From the NCBI GenBank assembly GCA_005881575.1, contig VBCA01000001.1, positions 85,611-149,610 of the forward strand: DNA of 64,000 nt, given 5' to 3'. The position numbers and the translations under genes were made by a program. Of the stretch, positions 51,950 through 61,280 are shown one piece after another. The first letter of the stretch is position 1; every line of letters begins with the position of its first letter. This DNA comes from Betaproteobacteria bacterium. Lineage in GTDB: Bacteria > Pseudomonadota > Gammaproteobacteria > Burkholderiales > SG8-39. The notes under the pieces were generated by a model, which made no database searches, was not told the origin of the DNA, and saw only the letters and a program-made list of their open reading frames with translations.

Positions 51950-53155
51950 TCAAACCCGTTCGATGACCAGGGCGATCCCCTGGCCTACGCCGATGCACAT
52001 GGTGCACAGCGCATAACGGGTTTTTGTCGCGTGCAATTGGTACATTGCCGTGGTCACGAGGCGCGCGCCGGATGCGCCCAGCGGATGGCCGATCGCGATC
52101 GCACCGCCATTGGGATTCACATGCGCGGCGTCGTCGGGAAGCCCGAGGTCGCGAGTCACCGCGAGCGCTTGTGCAGCAAACGCTTCGTTGAGCTCGATCA
52201 CTTCCATCTGCGATAGTTTCAGCCCCGTTTTCCCCAGGACCTTCCTGGTCGCGGGCGCGGGGCCGACACCCATGATGCGCGGCGCGACGCCCGCAGTGGC
52301 CATGCCCAAGACGCGCGCCTTGAGGTTGAGCTTGTGCTTTTTCGCCGCAGCCTCCGAAGCGAGAATGATCGCGCAGGCGCCGTCGTTTACACCCGAGGCA
52401 TTGCCCGCGGTAACCGTGCCTTCGGGCTTCACCACGCCCTTCAACTTCGCCAGCGCTTCGATCGTCGCGTCCGGGCGCGGATGCTCGTCGCGGTCCACTA
52501 CCGTCGCCGCCCCCTTCTTCCCCGGAACGGAGACAGGGATGATCTCGCTGCGATAGAAGCCTTTCGCCTGTGCATTCGCCCAACGCTGCTGGCTTCGGAG
52601 CGCAAAGGCGTCCTGGTCGGCGCGCCCCACCTTGAATTCTTCAGCGACGTTCTCGGCGGTCTCCGGCATCGAGTCGATGCCGTACTTCGCCTTCATCAGC
52701 GGGTTGACGAAACGCCAGCCGATGGTCGTGTCCTCGATTTTCGCCGAGCGTGAGAACGCGCTGTCCGCCTTGGGCATGACGAAGGGGGCACGCGACATGC
52801 TCTCGACGCCTCCTGCGATCATCAATTGAGTCTCCCCGCAACGCATCGCCCGCGCGGCGGTGCCCACCGCATCCAGGCTCGACCCGCACAGACGGTTGAC
52901 TGTCGCGCCCGGCACGGTCTGCGGGAGTCCGGCGAGAAGCAGCGCCATGCGCGCGACGTTGCGGTTGTCTTCCCCCGCCTGGTTGACGCAGCCATAGATC
53001 ACGTCGTCGAGGGCAGCCCAGTCCACCGAGGGATTGCGCTCAACCAGCGCCTTGATCGGAAGGGTCGCGAGATCGTCCGTCCGGATCGAAGCGAGCGCGC
53101 CACCGTAGCGCCCGAAGGGCGTGCGAACGGCATCGCAGATGAATACCTCGGTCAT
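51950..53155 (-). CDS. Acetyl-CoA C-acyltransferase / 3-oxoadipyl-CoA thiolase-like
   Basis: 401 aa. CDAVRTPFGRYGG, NRLCGSSLDA (active Cys), NGGAIAIGHPLGASG and CIGVGQG. Confidence 0.88.
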   Translation of the reverse strand: MTEVFICDAVRTPFGRYGGALASIRTDDLATLPIKALVERNPSVDWAALDDVIYGCVNQAGEDNRNVARMALLLAGLPQTVPGATVNRLCGSSLDAVGTAARAMRCGETQLMIAGGVESMSRAPFVMPKADSAFSRSAKIEDTTIGWRFVNPLMKAKYGIDSMPETAENVAEEFKVGRADQDAFALRSQQRWANAQAKGFYRSEIIPVSVPGKKGAATVVDRDEHPRPDATIEALAKLKGVVKPEGTVTAGNASGVNDGACAIILASEAAAKKHKLNLKARVLGMATAGVAPRIMGVGPAPATRKVLGKTGLKLSQMEVIELNEAFAAQALAVTRDLGLPDDAAHVNPNGGAIAIGHPLGASGARLVTTAMYQLHATKTRYALCTMCIGVGQGIALVIERV

Positions 53156-53167
53156 GTCTCGGAATCT

Positions 53168-53866
53168 TCAAACGAGGCCGGTCACGGGAATCGCCGCGCC
53201 GTGGATTGCGCGCGCGGCGTCCGAAGCCAAGAACAAGATCACCTCGGCGAGCGCCTCCGGCGCCACCCAGCGCCGCGGATCGGCGCCGGGCATGTCGGCG
53301 CGGTTCTGCGGCGTGTCGATGATGCTGGGCAGTACGCAGTTGACGTTGATGCCTTTGTCGCGCAGCTCGGCCGACATGCTCTCGGTAAGCCGGATTACCG
53401 CGCTTTTCGCCGCGCTGTACGCGCCCATATTCGCTTTGCCGCTAAGACCCGCGACGGCTCCGATATTGATGATCTTTCCGCGCCCCGCGGCGAGCATCTT
53501 CGGCACGACCGCGCGTGCGGTGTTGATCACCGATTTGGCGTTGAGATCGAGCATCAGCTCCCAGACGTTTTCAGGAGTCTCGTGCACCGGCTTCCCCATG
53601 CGGAAACCGCCTGCGATGTTGCACAGAACGTCGATCCGTTGAAACCGAACGGCCGCCAGCGCCTGCGCCACCGACGCCGCGTCGAGCAAATTGGCGGGCA
53701 CCAGGAACCTGCGTTCATCGTCGCGCTCAAAGCTGGACCGCAACACTTTATCGTCGAGATCGACGAGGACCAGGGAAGCGCCCGCCAACGCGAAGGCCGC
53801 GGCAACTGCGCGGCCTAGATTGCCCGCAGCGCCCGTGATCAGACACGTCTTGCCTTCGAATGTCAC
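53168..53866 (-). CDS. SDR-family oxidoreductase
   Basis: 232 aa from GTG 53866. TGAAGNLG and YSAAK. Confidence 0.8.
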   Translation of the reverse strand: MTFEGKTCLITGAAGNLGRAVAAAFALAGASLVLVDLDDKVLRSSFERDDERRFLVPANLLDAASVAQALAAVRFQRIDVLCNIAGGFRMGKPVHETPENVWELMLDLNAKSVINTARAVVPKMLAAGRGKIINIGAVAGLSGKANMGAYSAAKSAVIRLTESMSAELRDKGINVNCVLPSIIDTPQNRADMPGADPRRWVAPEALAEVILFLASDAARAIHGAAIPVTGLV

Positions 53867-53894
53867 GGCGTAAGCGGCGGGCCGGCCCGCCGGG

Positions 53895-54551
53895 CTAGGC
53901 GACCTTCTTCGAGCTTGCCGGGGCAGACTTCGCCCAGTACTCGGTCGAAGCTTTCGCCTCGGCAAGCGCCTTGGCGTCCTCGAACCCCGGCGCCATCGAC
54001 GCCGACGTCCCGGCGAGCACCTGGTGGTGGTCGATGCCGAGCAACCTCAACCAGCTCTGCTGGCCCATGGTGAGCGCGATGAAGCAGCCCAGCTCGACCA
54101 GCTCGGGCTCGCTGAAATGCCTGTGGAGCCGGTCCCAGAACGCATCATCGGTGTTCAGGTGCCAGGTGATCGCCTCGGCATAAGCAAGCGCCGCCTTCTG
54201 GCGCTCGTCGTAATTGCTGGACTTCTCGAAATTCAGCAGATCCTTGACGTGATCCTCCATGACGGCGCCGCTAGCGGCCGCCTTGATCGAGCGCTGATTG
54301 CCGCAGTATTCACATTGAACGGAGCGCGATACGTAGAGCCTACACAGCTCCTTGATGGAGTGATCGCACACGCCGTTCCTGAAGATGTCGCGCCAGGAGT
54401 TGGCAAAGGCCCAGAAGCATTCGGGCACATGCGCGCGCACCGCGGAGCTCTCGGGCCTGGGCGTGCCTTCCCGCTGGCAGCGCTCCATTTCCCTGCGCAT
54501 CTCCGCGTCCATCTGCTCGAGCGGAACGTAGCTGATTCTCTGCTTTGCCAT
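53895..54551 (-). CDS. Carboxymuconolactone decarboxylase / AhpD-like family protein
   Basis: 218 aa. CxxC-type motif VQCEYCGNQ in an all-helical context. Confidence 0.75.
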   Translation of the reverse strand: MAKQRISYVPLEQMDAEMRREMERCQREGTPRPESSAVRAHVPECFWAFANSWRDIFRNGVCDHSIKELCRLYVSRSVQCEYCGNQRSIKAAASGAVMEDHVKDLLNFEKSSNYDERQKAALAYAEAITWHLNTDDAFWDRLHRHFSEPELVELGCFIALTMGQQSWLRLLGIDHHQVLAGTSASMAPGFEDAKALAEAKASTEYWAKSAPASSKKVA

Positions 54552-54703
54552 GGATGTCCTCGCCGGCCGCGTTCGACCGGTCTCTCAAATCCGAAGTATC
54601 GAAGTCTGCCTCTTCGGGGACGGGCTGGCAAGATCGACCCAAGCGGGATTCGACGGACCTCCGCCCATTCGTGCTTACTGAGCTCGCGCAAGCGGCTGAG
54701 CCA

Positions 54704-55666
54704 TCACTGCGGCTGGATGCCGGCCGCCTTGACAACCCGCGCGTATTCCTTGACTTCGCTCCGCACGAATATCTTGAATTCCTCCGGCGACATGTCCATG
54801 GTGTCGTTGCCGAGGCCTACGAGCCGGTCCCGCACCGCCGGATCCTTCAGCGCCTTGCGCGTGTCGGCCGAGATCTTGTTCACGATCCCCGCCGGGATGC
54901 CCGCCGGGCCCCACACTGCGAACCACAGCGGCGCATCGGCGCCTTCGACACCCGCTTCGCCGGTGGTCGGTACGTCCGGCAATTGGCCGTTGCGCTTCGC
55001 CGTGCTCACAGCGAGCGGTCGAACCCTGCCGCCCTTGATGTGCGGTATCGCCGCCGAGATCGGCGCCCAGTAGCAATCCACCGACTGGCTCAACATCGCC
55101 TGGATCACTTCCGGCGTGCCCTTGAACGGGACCTGGGTGACGTTGATTTTCGCCGCGTCGACGAACTTCTCCGTGTTGAGGTGCGTGCCGCTGCCCACGC
55201 CGGCATGGCCCCAGTTGATCGCGCCCGGTTTTGCCTTCGCCGCATTCACGACGTCCATCAGGGTCTTGTAAGGTGACCCCGTATTGACGATCAAGACATT
55301 CGGCTGCACCGCGAGCGGCACGATATCGACGAAGTCCTTCTCCACATCGTAGGGCAGCTTCGCGTAGATCGACGGCGTCACCGTGTGCGCATTGGAATCG
55401 ATGAGCAGCGTATAGCCGTCCGCCGGCGCCTTGGCGACGAACGCCGTGCCGATCGAGCCGCCAGCGCCGGCGCGGTTCTCCGCGAGCACCGGCTGGCCCC
55501 ACATCTCCGCAAGCTTCTGCGCTACCACGCGCCCCACGATGTCGGTCGAGCTGCCCGGCGAGAACGAGATGATCACGTGCACGGGCTTGTTCGGATACGC
55601 CTGCGCCCACGCCTGGGACGCGGCTACCGCCAGCGCCACTGCGGCAATACCAATTATTTTTTTCAT
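54704..55666 (-). CDS. Tripartite tricarboxylate transporter substrate-binding protein (Bug/TctC family)
   Basis: 320 aa. Signal peptide, then YPNKPVHVIISFSPGSSTDIVGR. Confidence 0.9.
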   Translation of the reverse strand: MKKIIGIAAVALAVAASQAWAQAYPNKPVHVIISFSPGSSTDIVGRVVAQKLAEMWGQPVLAENRAGAGGSIGTAFVAKAPADGYTLLIDSNAHTVTPSIYAKLPYDVEKDFVDIVPLAVQPNVLIVNTGSPYKTLMDVVNAAKAKPGAINWGHAGVGSGTHLNTEKFVDAAKINVTQVPFKGTPEVIQAMLSQSVDCYWAPISAAIPHIKGGRVRPLAVSTAKRNGQLPDVPTTGEAGVEGADAPLWFAVWGPAGIPAGIVNKISADTRKALKDPAVRDRLVGLGNDTMDMSPEEFKIFVRSEVKEYARVVKAAGIQPQ

Positions 55667-55687
55667 CTGAAGCTCCTCTGCGAAAGA

Positions 55688-56620
55688 TTATTGCGACAGT
55701 CCGTCGCCGACTGCTTTGTCTTCCGGTTTCAGCTCGATCCCCGACGCCTTCGCCTGGTGCAAGAGCAAGGTCGAGAAGTCCTCCTCGGTCATGCCGGCGC
55801 CCATCATCGATTGGATCAGATCGCGGGTGATCGAGGCGAGCGGCATCGGCACTTCGAGCTTGCGGCCGGCCTCGAGTCCCAGGTCCATGTCCTTGCGCAG
55901 CAGGTACGGCGTAAACGTAATGTGGAAGTCGAGATTGACGAAGGCCGGGGCCTTATAGCGCGTGAAGGTCGAGCCCATCACGCTCTTGTTGAGGAAATCG
56001 AGGAAGGCGTGGCGCGGCACGCCCGCCTTCTGCGCGAGCACAGTGATCTCCGCCATGCACTGCGTCACCACGCCCAGCATCACGTTGTGACAGATCTTCA
56101 CGATGCGCGAAAGCTCCCCTTCGCCGACGTAGGAGGACCCCTGCCCCATCATGTCGAGGTAAGGCGCCGCCGCATCGTAGGCGCTCCTCGGGCCGGAAAC
56201 CACGAAAGTGAGCTTGCCCGCCTTGATCACCTTCGCGTTCCCCGAGACCGGCGCGGACAGCAGCTCGACGCCCTTCGCGGAGAGGATCTTGCGCAGCTCG
56301 GCGGAGCCCTCGAGCGAAATCGAAGAACACTCGACCACCATCTTCGGTCTGGCGCTTCCGGACAATAAGCCTTTCGGTCCGGCGATCACTTCCTTGACGT
56401 CGTCGTAAGTCGAGACCATGCAGAACACGATGTCGCAGCCGGCGAGCTCCGGCAAGCCGTCCGCGATCTTGGCGCCGTCCTTGGCGAGTGGCTCGGCTTT
56501 CGCGCGCGTGCGATTCCACACCGTGATGGCGCAACCGCCTTTCGCCAGGCGGCGCGCCATTTCGAAACCCATGCGCCCGGCGCCGATCCAACCGAGCTTC
56601 ACTACTTTTGCCGCAGTCAA
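55688..56620 (-). CDS. NAD(P)-dependent oxidoreductase, 3-hydroxyisobutyrate/6-phosphogluconate dehydrogenase-like
   Basis: 310 aa. Rossmann motif LGWIGAGRMGFEMARRL. Confidence 0.85.
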   Translation of the reverse strand: MTAAKVVKLGWIGAGRMGFEMARRLAKGGCAITVWNRTRAKAEPLAKDGAKIADGLPELAGCDIVFCMVSTYDDVKEVIAGPKGLLSGSARPKMVVECSSISLEGSAELRKILSAKGVELLSAPVSGNAKVIKAGKLTFVVSGPRSAYDAAAPYLDMMGQGSSYVGEGELSRIVKICHNVMLGVVTQCMAEITVLAQKAGVPRHAFLDFLNKSVMGSTFTRYKAPAFVNLDFHITFTPYLLRKDMDLGLEAGRKLEVPMPLASITRDLIQSMMGAGMTEEDFSTLLLHQAKASGIELKPEDKAVGDGLSQ

Positions 56621-56638
56621 CTCAACTCTCCTTGGGAA

Positions 56639-56878
56639 TTACTTCGGCGCGGTCTCGATCACCGCGAGCACGGTCCCCACCGGCACCGTGGTTCCCGGCT
56701 CGACGAGGATCGCTTTGAGCACACCGCTTGCAATGGCCGGGATCTCCGTCGTCACCTTGTCGGTCTCGACGTCGAAAAGAGGCTCATCCGCTCTGACTGC
56801 ATCACCGACTTTCTTGTACCAGTTGGCGACGGTGCCTTCGGTCACCGTCTCGCCCAGCTGAGGCATGATCACGTCCAT
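56639..56878 (-). CDS. Stand-alone lipoyl-attachment domain protein (79 aa)
   Basis: [48 protein letters not shown] contains the lipoyl-lysine motif ETDK. The ORF ends after the single domain. Confidence 0.8.
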   Translation of the reverse strand: MDVIMPQLGETVTEGTVANWYKKVGDAVRADEPLFDVETDKVTTEIPAIASGVLKAILVEPGTTVPVGTVLAVIETAPK

Positions 56879-56898
56879 TTCTTCCGTCTCCGTCCAGT

Positions 56899-57891
56899 TC
56901 ACGCCGCGCGGCGCGAGTCCAGGCCGCGGCGGACTTCCGCTACGATGCGCGCGACCGAAGGCACGACCGCGTCCTCGAGCTGGTCGGCGGCGGGCAGCGG
57001 CACGTGCGGCGTGGTGATCCGCACGATCGGTCCCTTGAGAGCGCCGAAAATTTCTTCCTGGATGACCGAGGCGATCTCCGCGCCCCAGCCGCACAGCCGC
57101 GGGTTTTCCTCGACCGTGAACACGCGCCCGGTGCGCGCCGATTCGGCGAGCAGTGTCTTCGCGTCGAGCGGCACGAGCGAGCGCAGGTCCATCACCGTTG
57201 CGGAAATTCCGTGCTCCGCGGCAAGAGTCTCGGCGGCCTTGAGCGCGCGCGGAACCATGGCGGCGAGCGCGATCACGGTGATGTCCTTGCCTTCGCGCAG
57301 CACCTTGGCCTTTCCGAGCGGCTCGACGTGCTCGCCCTCGGGCACCTCGGCTTTGTTGGCGAGCAGGCTCTTGTGCTCGAAGAACACGACCGGATCGGGA
57401 TCGCGAATTGCGGCGGCGAGCAGCCCCTTGGCGTCGGCCGGCGTGGAAGGCGCCACGACTTTCAGGCCCGGTATCGCCATCGCCCAGTTCTCCACGCTCT
57501 GCGAGTGCTGCGCACCGAAGCGCGAGCCCGCGCCGTTCGCGGTGCGGATGACGAGTGGAATGGAAATCTGCCCATCGCTCATGTAGCGCGTTTTGGCGAT
57601 CTCGTTGGCGACATAGTCCCAGCAGCAGGCGAGGAAATCCGAGAACATGATCTCTGCCACCGGCCGCAATCCCGTCATCGCCGCGCCCATCGCCGCGCCG
57701 AGGATGGCGAGCTCCGAGATCGGAGTGTCTTTCACGCGCCTCGGCCCGAACTCCTCGAAGAGGCCCACCGTGGTCTTGAACACGCCGCCTGCGGCGGCGG
57801 TGTCTTCGCCGAAGAGCACGACGCGTTCGTCGCGCCTCATTTCCTGCGCGATCGCGGCAGCGACCGCGTCCCGGTAGCTCAGTTGCGCCAT
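56899..57891 (-). CDS. TPP-dependent 2-oxoacid/acetoin dehydrogenase E1 component, beta subunit
   Basis: 330 aa from [10 protein letters not shown] (ATG 57891 verified). Transketolase-like pyrimidine-binding and C-terminal domains. Confidence 0.9.
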   Translation of the reverse strand: MAQLSYRDAVAAAIAQEMRRDERVVLFGEDTAAAGGVFKTTVGLFEEFGPRRVKDTPISELAILGAAMGAAMTGLRPVAEIMFSDFLACCWDYVANEIAKTRYMSDGQISIPLVIRTANGAGSRFGAQHSQSVENWAMAIPGLKVVAPSTPADAKGLLAAAIRDPDPVVFFEHKSLLANKAEVPEGEHVEPLGKAKVLREGKDITVIALAAMVPRALKAAETLAAEHGISATVMDLRSLVPLDAKTLLAESARTGRVFTVEENPRLCGWGAEIASVIQEEIFGALKGPIVRITTPHVPLPAADQLEDAVVPSVARIVAEVRRGLDSRRAA

Positions 57892-58901
57892 GCGTTGCCT
57901 CCGTCCGCCCATACGTCGCTCATCGCCGACTCGAGCGAGGGTGTGGGCGAAGCCTTTGCGGCTTCGGTCGCCTGATCGAGTTTCGTCATTGCTTCGGATT
58001 CGATCTTCGCGAGCGTGCCTTCCGCGACGCCGCTCGCGAGCAAGCGGTTGCGGTAAAGCGTCACCGGATCGCGCTTGAGCCACTCCTCGAGCTCCTCTTT
58101 CGGACGGTATTTCGCCGGGTCGGCGCGCGAGTGCCCGCTGTGCCGATAGGTGAGGCATTCGATGAGGGAGGGGCCGCCGCCCGAGCGCGCCTTGGCGAAG
58201 GCGTCGCGCGCAGCGCTGTATACGACGTCGGCGTCGTTGCCGTCGATGACCTGGCGCTCCAGGCCGTAGCTTGCAGCGCGGTCGGCGGCCGGGTGTTTCA
58301 CCGCGGTGACTGCGGAGATCGGCGTGTACTCCATGTACATGTTGTTCTCGCAGCAGAAGACGACAGGCAGCTTCCATACCGCCGCGAGATTCAGCGCCTC
58401 GTGAAAGGCGCCGATGTTGGTCGCGCCATCGCCGAAGAAGGCACAGGCGACCTGCTTCGTTCCGCGGTACTGCGCCGACCACGCGGCGCCGGCGGCGATC
58501 GGCAGATGCGCGCCGACGATGGCATAGGAACCCATCACCCCATGCGCGACGCTCGTGAGGTGCATCGAGCCGCCTTTGCCCTTCATCAGGCCGCACTGCC
58601 GTCCCATCAGCTCGCCCAGCACGGAGAGCATCGGCGCACCCCGCGCGAGCGTGTGGTGATGGCCGCGATAGGTGCAGAAGGTGTAGTCGTCCGGGTTCAT
58701 CGCCGCGGCGAAGCCGGCCGCGACCGCCTCCTGGCCGAGCGCGAGATGGCTCGTCCCCTTCACCAAGTTCTGCAGGAACAGGTCGTAGGCGCGCTTCTCG
58801 CAGTAGCGGATCTCGACCTGCAGCTTGAACAAGCGCAGCCGCGTCGCTTCGGGGATCTCCTGATTTCTCTGCGCCGAATGCGCCTTTTGCGTGACGCTCA
58901 T
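57879..58901 (-). CDS. TPP-dependent dehydrogenase E1 component, alpha subunit
   Basis: 340 aa. TPP motif [31 protein letters not shown]. Overlaps the E1 beta start by 13 nt. Confidence 0.9.
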   Translation of the reverse strand: MSVTQKAHSAQRNQEIPEATRLRLFKLQVEIRYCEKRAYDLFLQNLVKGTSHLALGQEAVAAGFAAAMNPDDYTFCTYRGHHHTLARGAPMLSVLGELMGRQCGLMKGKGGSMHLTSVAHGVMGSYAIVGAHLPIAAGAAWSAQYRGTKQVACAFFGDGATNIGAFHEALNLAAVWKLPVVFCCENNMYMEYTPISAVTAVKHPAADRAASYGLERQVIDGNDADVVYSAARDAFAKARSGGGPSLIECLTYRHSGHSRADPAKYRPKEELEEWLKRDPVTLYRNRLLASGVAEGTLAKIESEAMTKLDQATEAAKASPTPSLESAMSDVWADGGNAWRN

Positions 58902-58916
58902 GTTGGACTCGCTCCT

Positions 58917-60230
58917 TCAGCTTCGGTATGGATTCGCGATCGGCAACTCTTCGGCGGGATAAAGCGAGATGATCTTCGCGCCCTCGGGCGTGAGGATCAC
59001 TTCTTCCTCGATGCGCGCGGCCGAGATGCCGTCGCTCGCGGGGCAGTAGGTCTCCACGGCGAACACCATGCCCGCCTTCAGCTCGATCGGCTCCTTGAAC
59101 GAAGTGAGCCGCGAGACGAGCGGCCGCTCATGCAAGCCGAGCCCCAGCCCGTGGCAGAAGTTCAGACCAAAGGCCTCCATCTCGCTCGAAAAGCCGATCT
59201 CCTTCGCCTCCGGGAAGGCCCGCGCGATCTTGTCGCTGGCCACCCCGGGCTTCAAGAGGTCGATCGCCTTGTCCATCCACTCGCGCGCCTTCCGGTACGC
59301 GGTGCGCTGCGGGGCGGTCGCGCGCCCGACGTTGAAGGTGCGGTAGTAGCAGGTGCGGTAGCCCATGAACGACTGGATGATGTCGAAGAAGGCCTGGTCG
59401 CCGGGCCGGATCAGGCGGTCGGTGAAGTTGTGCGGGTGCGGCGAGCAGCGCTCGCCTGAAATGGAATTGATCGCCTCGACACAGTCCGAGCCCATCTGGT
59501 AGAGCCGCGAGGTCGCGAGCGCGACGATCTCGGATTCCTTGACGCCGGGCTTCAGTACCTCGGCGATGTCCTGGTAGACCCCGTCGACCATCGCCGAGGC
59601 CATGTTGAGGAGGGTCAGCTCGTCGATGTTCTTCACTTCGCGCGCCTGGAGCATCACCTGCTGGCCGTCGCGCACCTCGATCCCGAGTTTCTGCAGCTCG
59701 AACAGCATCGGCGGCTCGACCACGTCGAGACCCAGCGGCATGCCGCCCACGCCTTCGGCGTCGAGGATCGCCTTGATCTCCGTTGCCGCCTCGCGAAACA
59801 GCGTGATGTCGCTTCCTACCGCCCCGCGCAATCCGAGGAGCCCCGCCTTGCAGTGATCGACCTGCAGCCAGGGCGCGTAGAGGCGGTGGTGCTTCGCGGC
59901 GCTGCCGAAATCCCAGATGTAGGGGTCGCCGTTGCCGGTGAGGAGCGAGTAGCGCGTCAGCTTGTCGCGCGCCCATTCGCCGATGACGGTGCTGGTGGTG
60001 TAGCGGATGTTGTGCTGGTCGAACGAAAGCAACGCACCCAGGCCCGAGGCCGCGAGCGCGGCGCGCACGCGCGCGAGGCGGTAGTCGTGCAGCCGCCTGA
60101 AGTTGATGCGCTCCTCGAAATCGACCTGGGTGTGACCCGGCGCGTGCAGCGGCCGCTTCCAGTTGTGGTGCGGGTCGATGTCGTCGGGCTGGATGATTTT
60201 CGGCTCGGCGGTTTTTTTCGGTTTGGCCAT
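58917..60230 (-). CDS. M24-family (creatinase/prolidase-fold) enzyme with an atypical metal site
   Basis: 437 aa. GDQAFFDIIQSFMGYRTCYYRTF, CHGLGLGLHE, FAVETY and RIEEEV. See the finding for the Asp->Cys substitution. Confidence 0.85.
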   Translation of the reverse strand: MAKPKKTAEPKIIQPDDIDPHHNWKRPLHAPGHTQVDFEERINFRRLHDYRLARVRAALAASGLGALLSFDQHNIRYTTSTVIGEWARDKLTRYSLLTGNGDPYIWDFGSAAKHHRLYAPWLQVDHCKAGLLGLRGAVGSDITLFREAATEIKAILDAEGVGGMPLGLDVVEPPMLFELQKLGIEVRDGQQVMLQAREVKNIDELTLLNMASAMVDGVYQDIAEVLKPGVKESEIVALATSRLYQMGSDCVEAINSISGERCSPHPHNFTDRLIRPGDQAFFDIIQSFMGYRTCYYRTFNVGRATAPQRTAYRKAREWMDKAIDLLKPGVASDKIARAFPEAKEIGFSSEMEAFGLNFCHGLGLGLHERPLVSRLTSFKEPIELKAGMVFAVETYCPASDGISAARIEEEVILTPEGAKIISLYPAEELPIANPYRS

Positions 60231-60298
60231 CGACTTTTCCCCAGGACGACTTTTTGGGAGAACGCGAAGTATGCCACGCGGCCGCGAAGGGGTCCGCT

Positions 60299-61258
60299 CT
60301 AATTAGCGGTTATGCCCGCCGCCTTGATCAGCTGGGCGTTCGACTCGAACTCCTTCTTGATCATCGCCTCGAAGTCGGGCAGCGACATGCTCAAGGGATC
60401 CACACCCAGCTTGAGAAATTTTTCGCGCACCTCGGGCGAGCTCACCGCGGCGTTGAACTCCTTGTTGAGGCGCAGAACGATGTCGCGCGGGGTCCTGGAG
60501 GCGACCAGGGCGCCGATCCAGAAGTTGTAGTCGGAGTTCGGATAGCCGGCTTCGACGGTGGTGGGGACGTCCGGAAAAAGCGCGCTCCTCTTGGGCGAGC
60601 CCACCGCGAGCGCGCGCAGCTTGCCCTCCTTGACCTGAGGCCCCACCTGGAACGGCAGCGCAAAATAGAAATCGGCGCGACCGGTAAGCACTTCGGTGAG
60701 CGCATCGGGCGCGCCCTTCATCGGCACGTGCAGCACTTCGATTCCCGCCGCGATGCGAAAACGCTCCAGGTTCATGTGCGTGGAGCTGCCGATGCCGGCA
60801 GTCGTGGCGACGACCGCCCCGGCCTTCGCCTTGGCCGCGGCGACGAGGTCCGCCACGGTCTTGTAGCTCTTGGCGGTCGAGACGACCAGCACCGTGGGAA
60901 CCGTTCCGAGAGTCGCGACCGGCGTGAGTTCCTTCGGATCGAGCGGTCCCGGGGAGAGGAGCGGCGCCACCGTGAACGCGGAGGTGTAAATGCTGATCAT
61001 GTGCCCGTCCGGATCGGCCTTGGCGACATAGGCAGCGCCGATCAGCCCGCCCACGCCGAGCTTGTTCTCGACGATCACCGCCTGACCGAGGCTCGCCTGC
61101 AATTTCTCGGCGACGATGCGCGCCGTGGTATCCGACGCGCTGCCCGGGGTGACGCCCGAAACGAGATGAATGGTCCTGCTGGGAAAAGTCTGGGCGGCGG
61201 CGACGCCCGACGCGAGCGACGCCGCGGCAATCGCAATCCAGCAAACGCGTTTCAACAT
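60299..61258 (-). CDS. Bug/TctC-family periplasmic substrate-binding protein
   Basis: 319 aa from MLKRVCWIAIAAASLASGVAAAQ. FPSRTIHLVSGVTPGSASD. Confidence 0.9.
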   Translation of the reverse strand: MLKRVCWIAIAAASLASGVAAAQTFPSRTIHLVSGVTPGSASDTTARIVAEKLQASLGQAVIVENKLGVGGLIGAAYVAKADPDGHMISIYTSAFTVAPLLSPGPLDPKELTPVATLGTVPTVLVVSTAKSYKTVADLVAAAKAKAGAVVATTAGIGSSTHMNLERFRIAAGIEVLHVPMKGAPDALTEVLTGRADFYFALPFQVGPQVKEGKLRALAVGSPKRSALFPDVPTTVEAGYPNSDYNFWIGALVASRTPRDIVLRLNKEFNAAVSSPEVREKFLKLGVDPLSMSLPDFEAMIKKEFESNAQLIKAAGITAN

Positions 61259-61280
61259 GGTTTTCTCCTCTGTTCGGCTG

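Noticed and set aside
58917-60230. Calling the M24 protein a DMSP lyase (DddP), ectoine hydrolase or creatinase
   Set aside because: I can only support fold/family-level resemblance by eye. Specific assignment would need alignment and phylogeny, and the Asp->Cys change argues against simple orthology.
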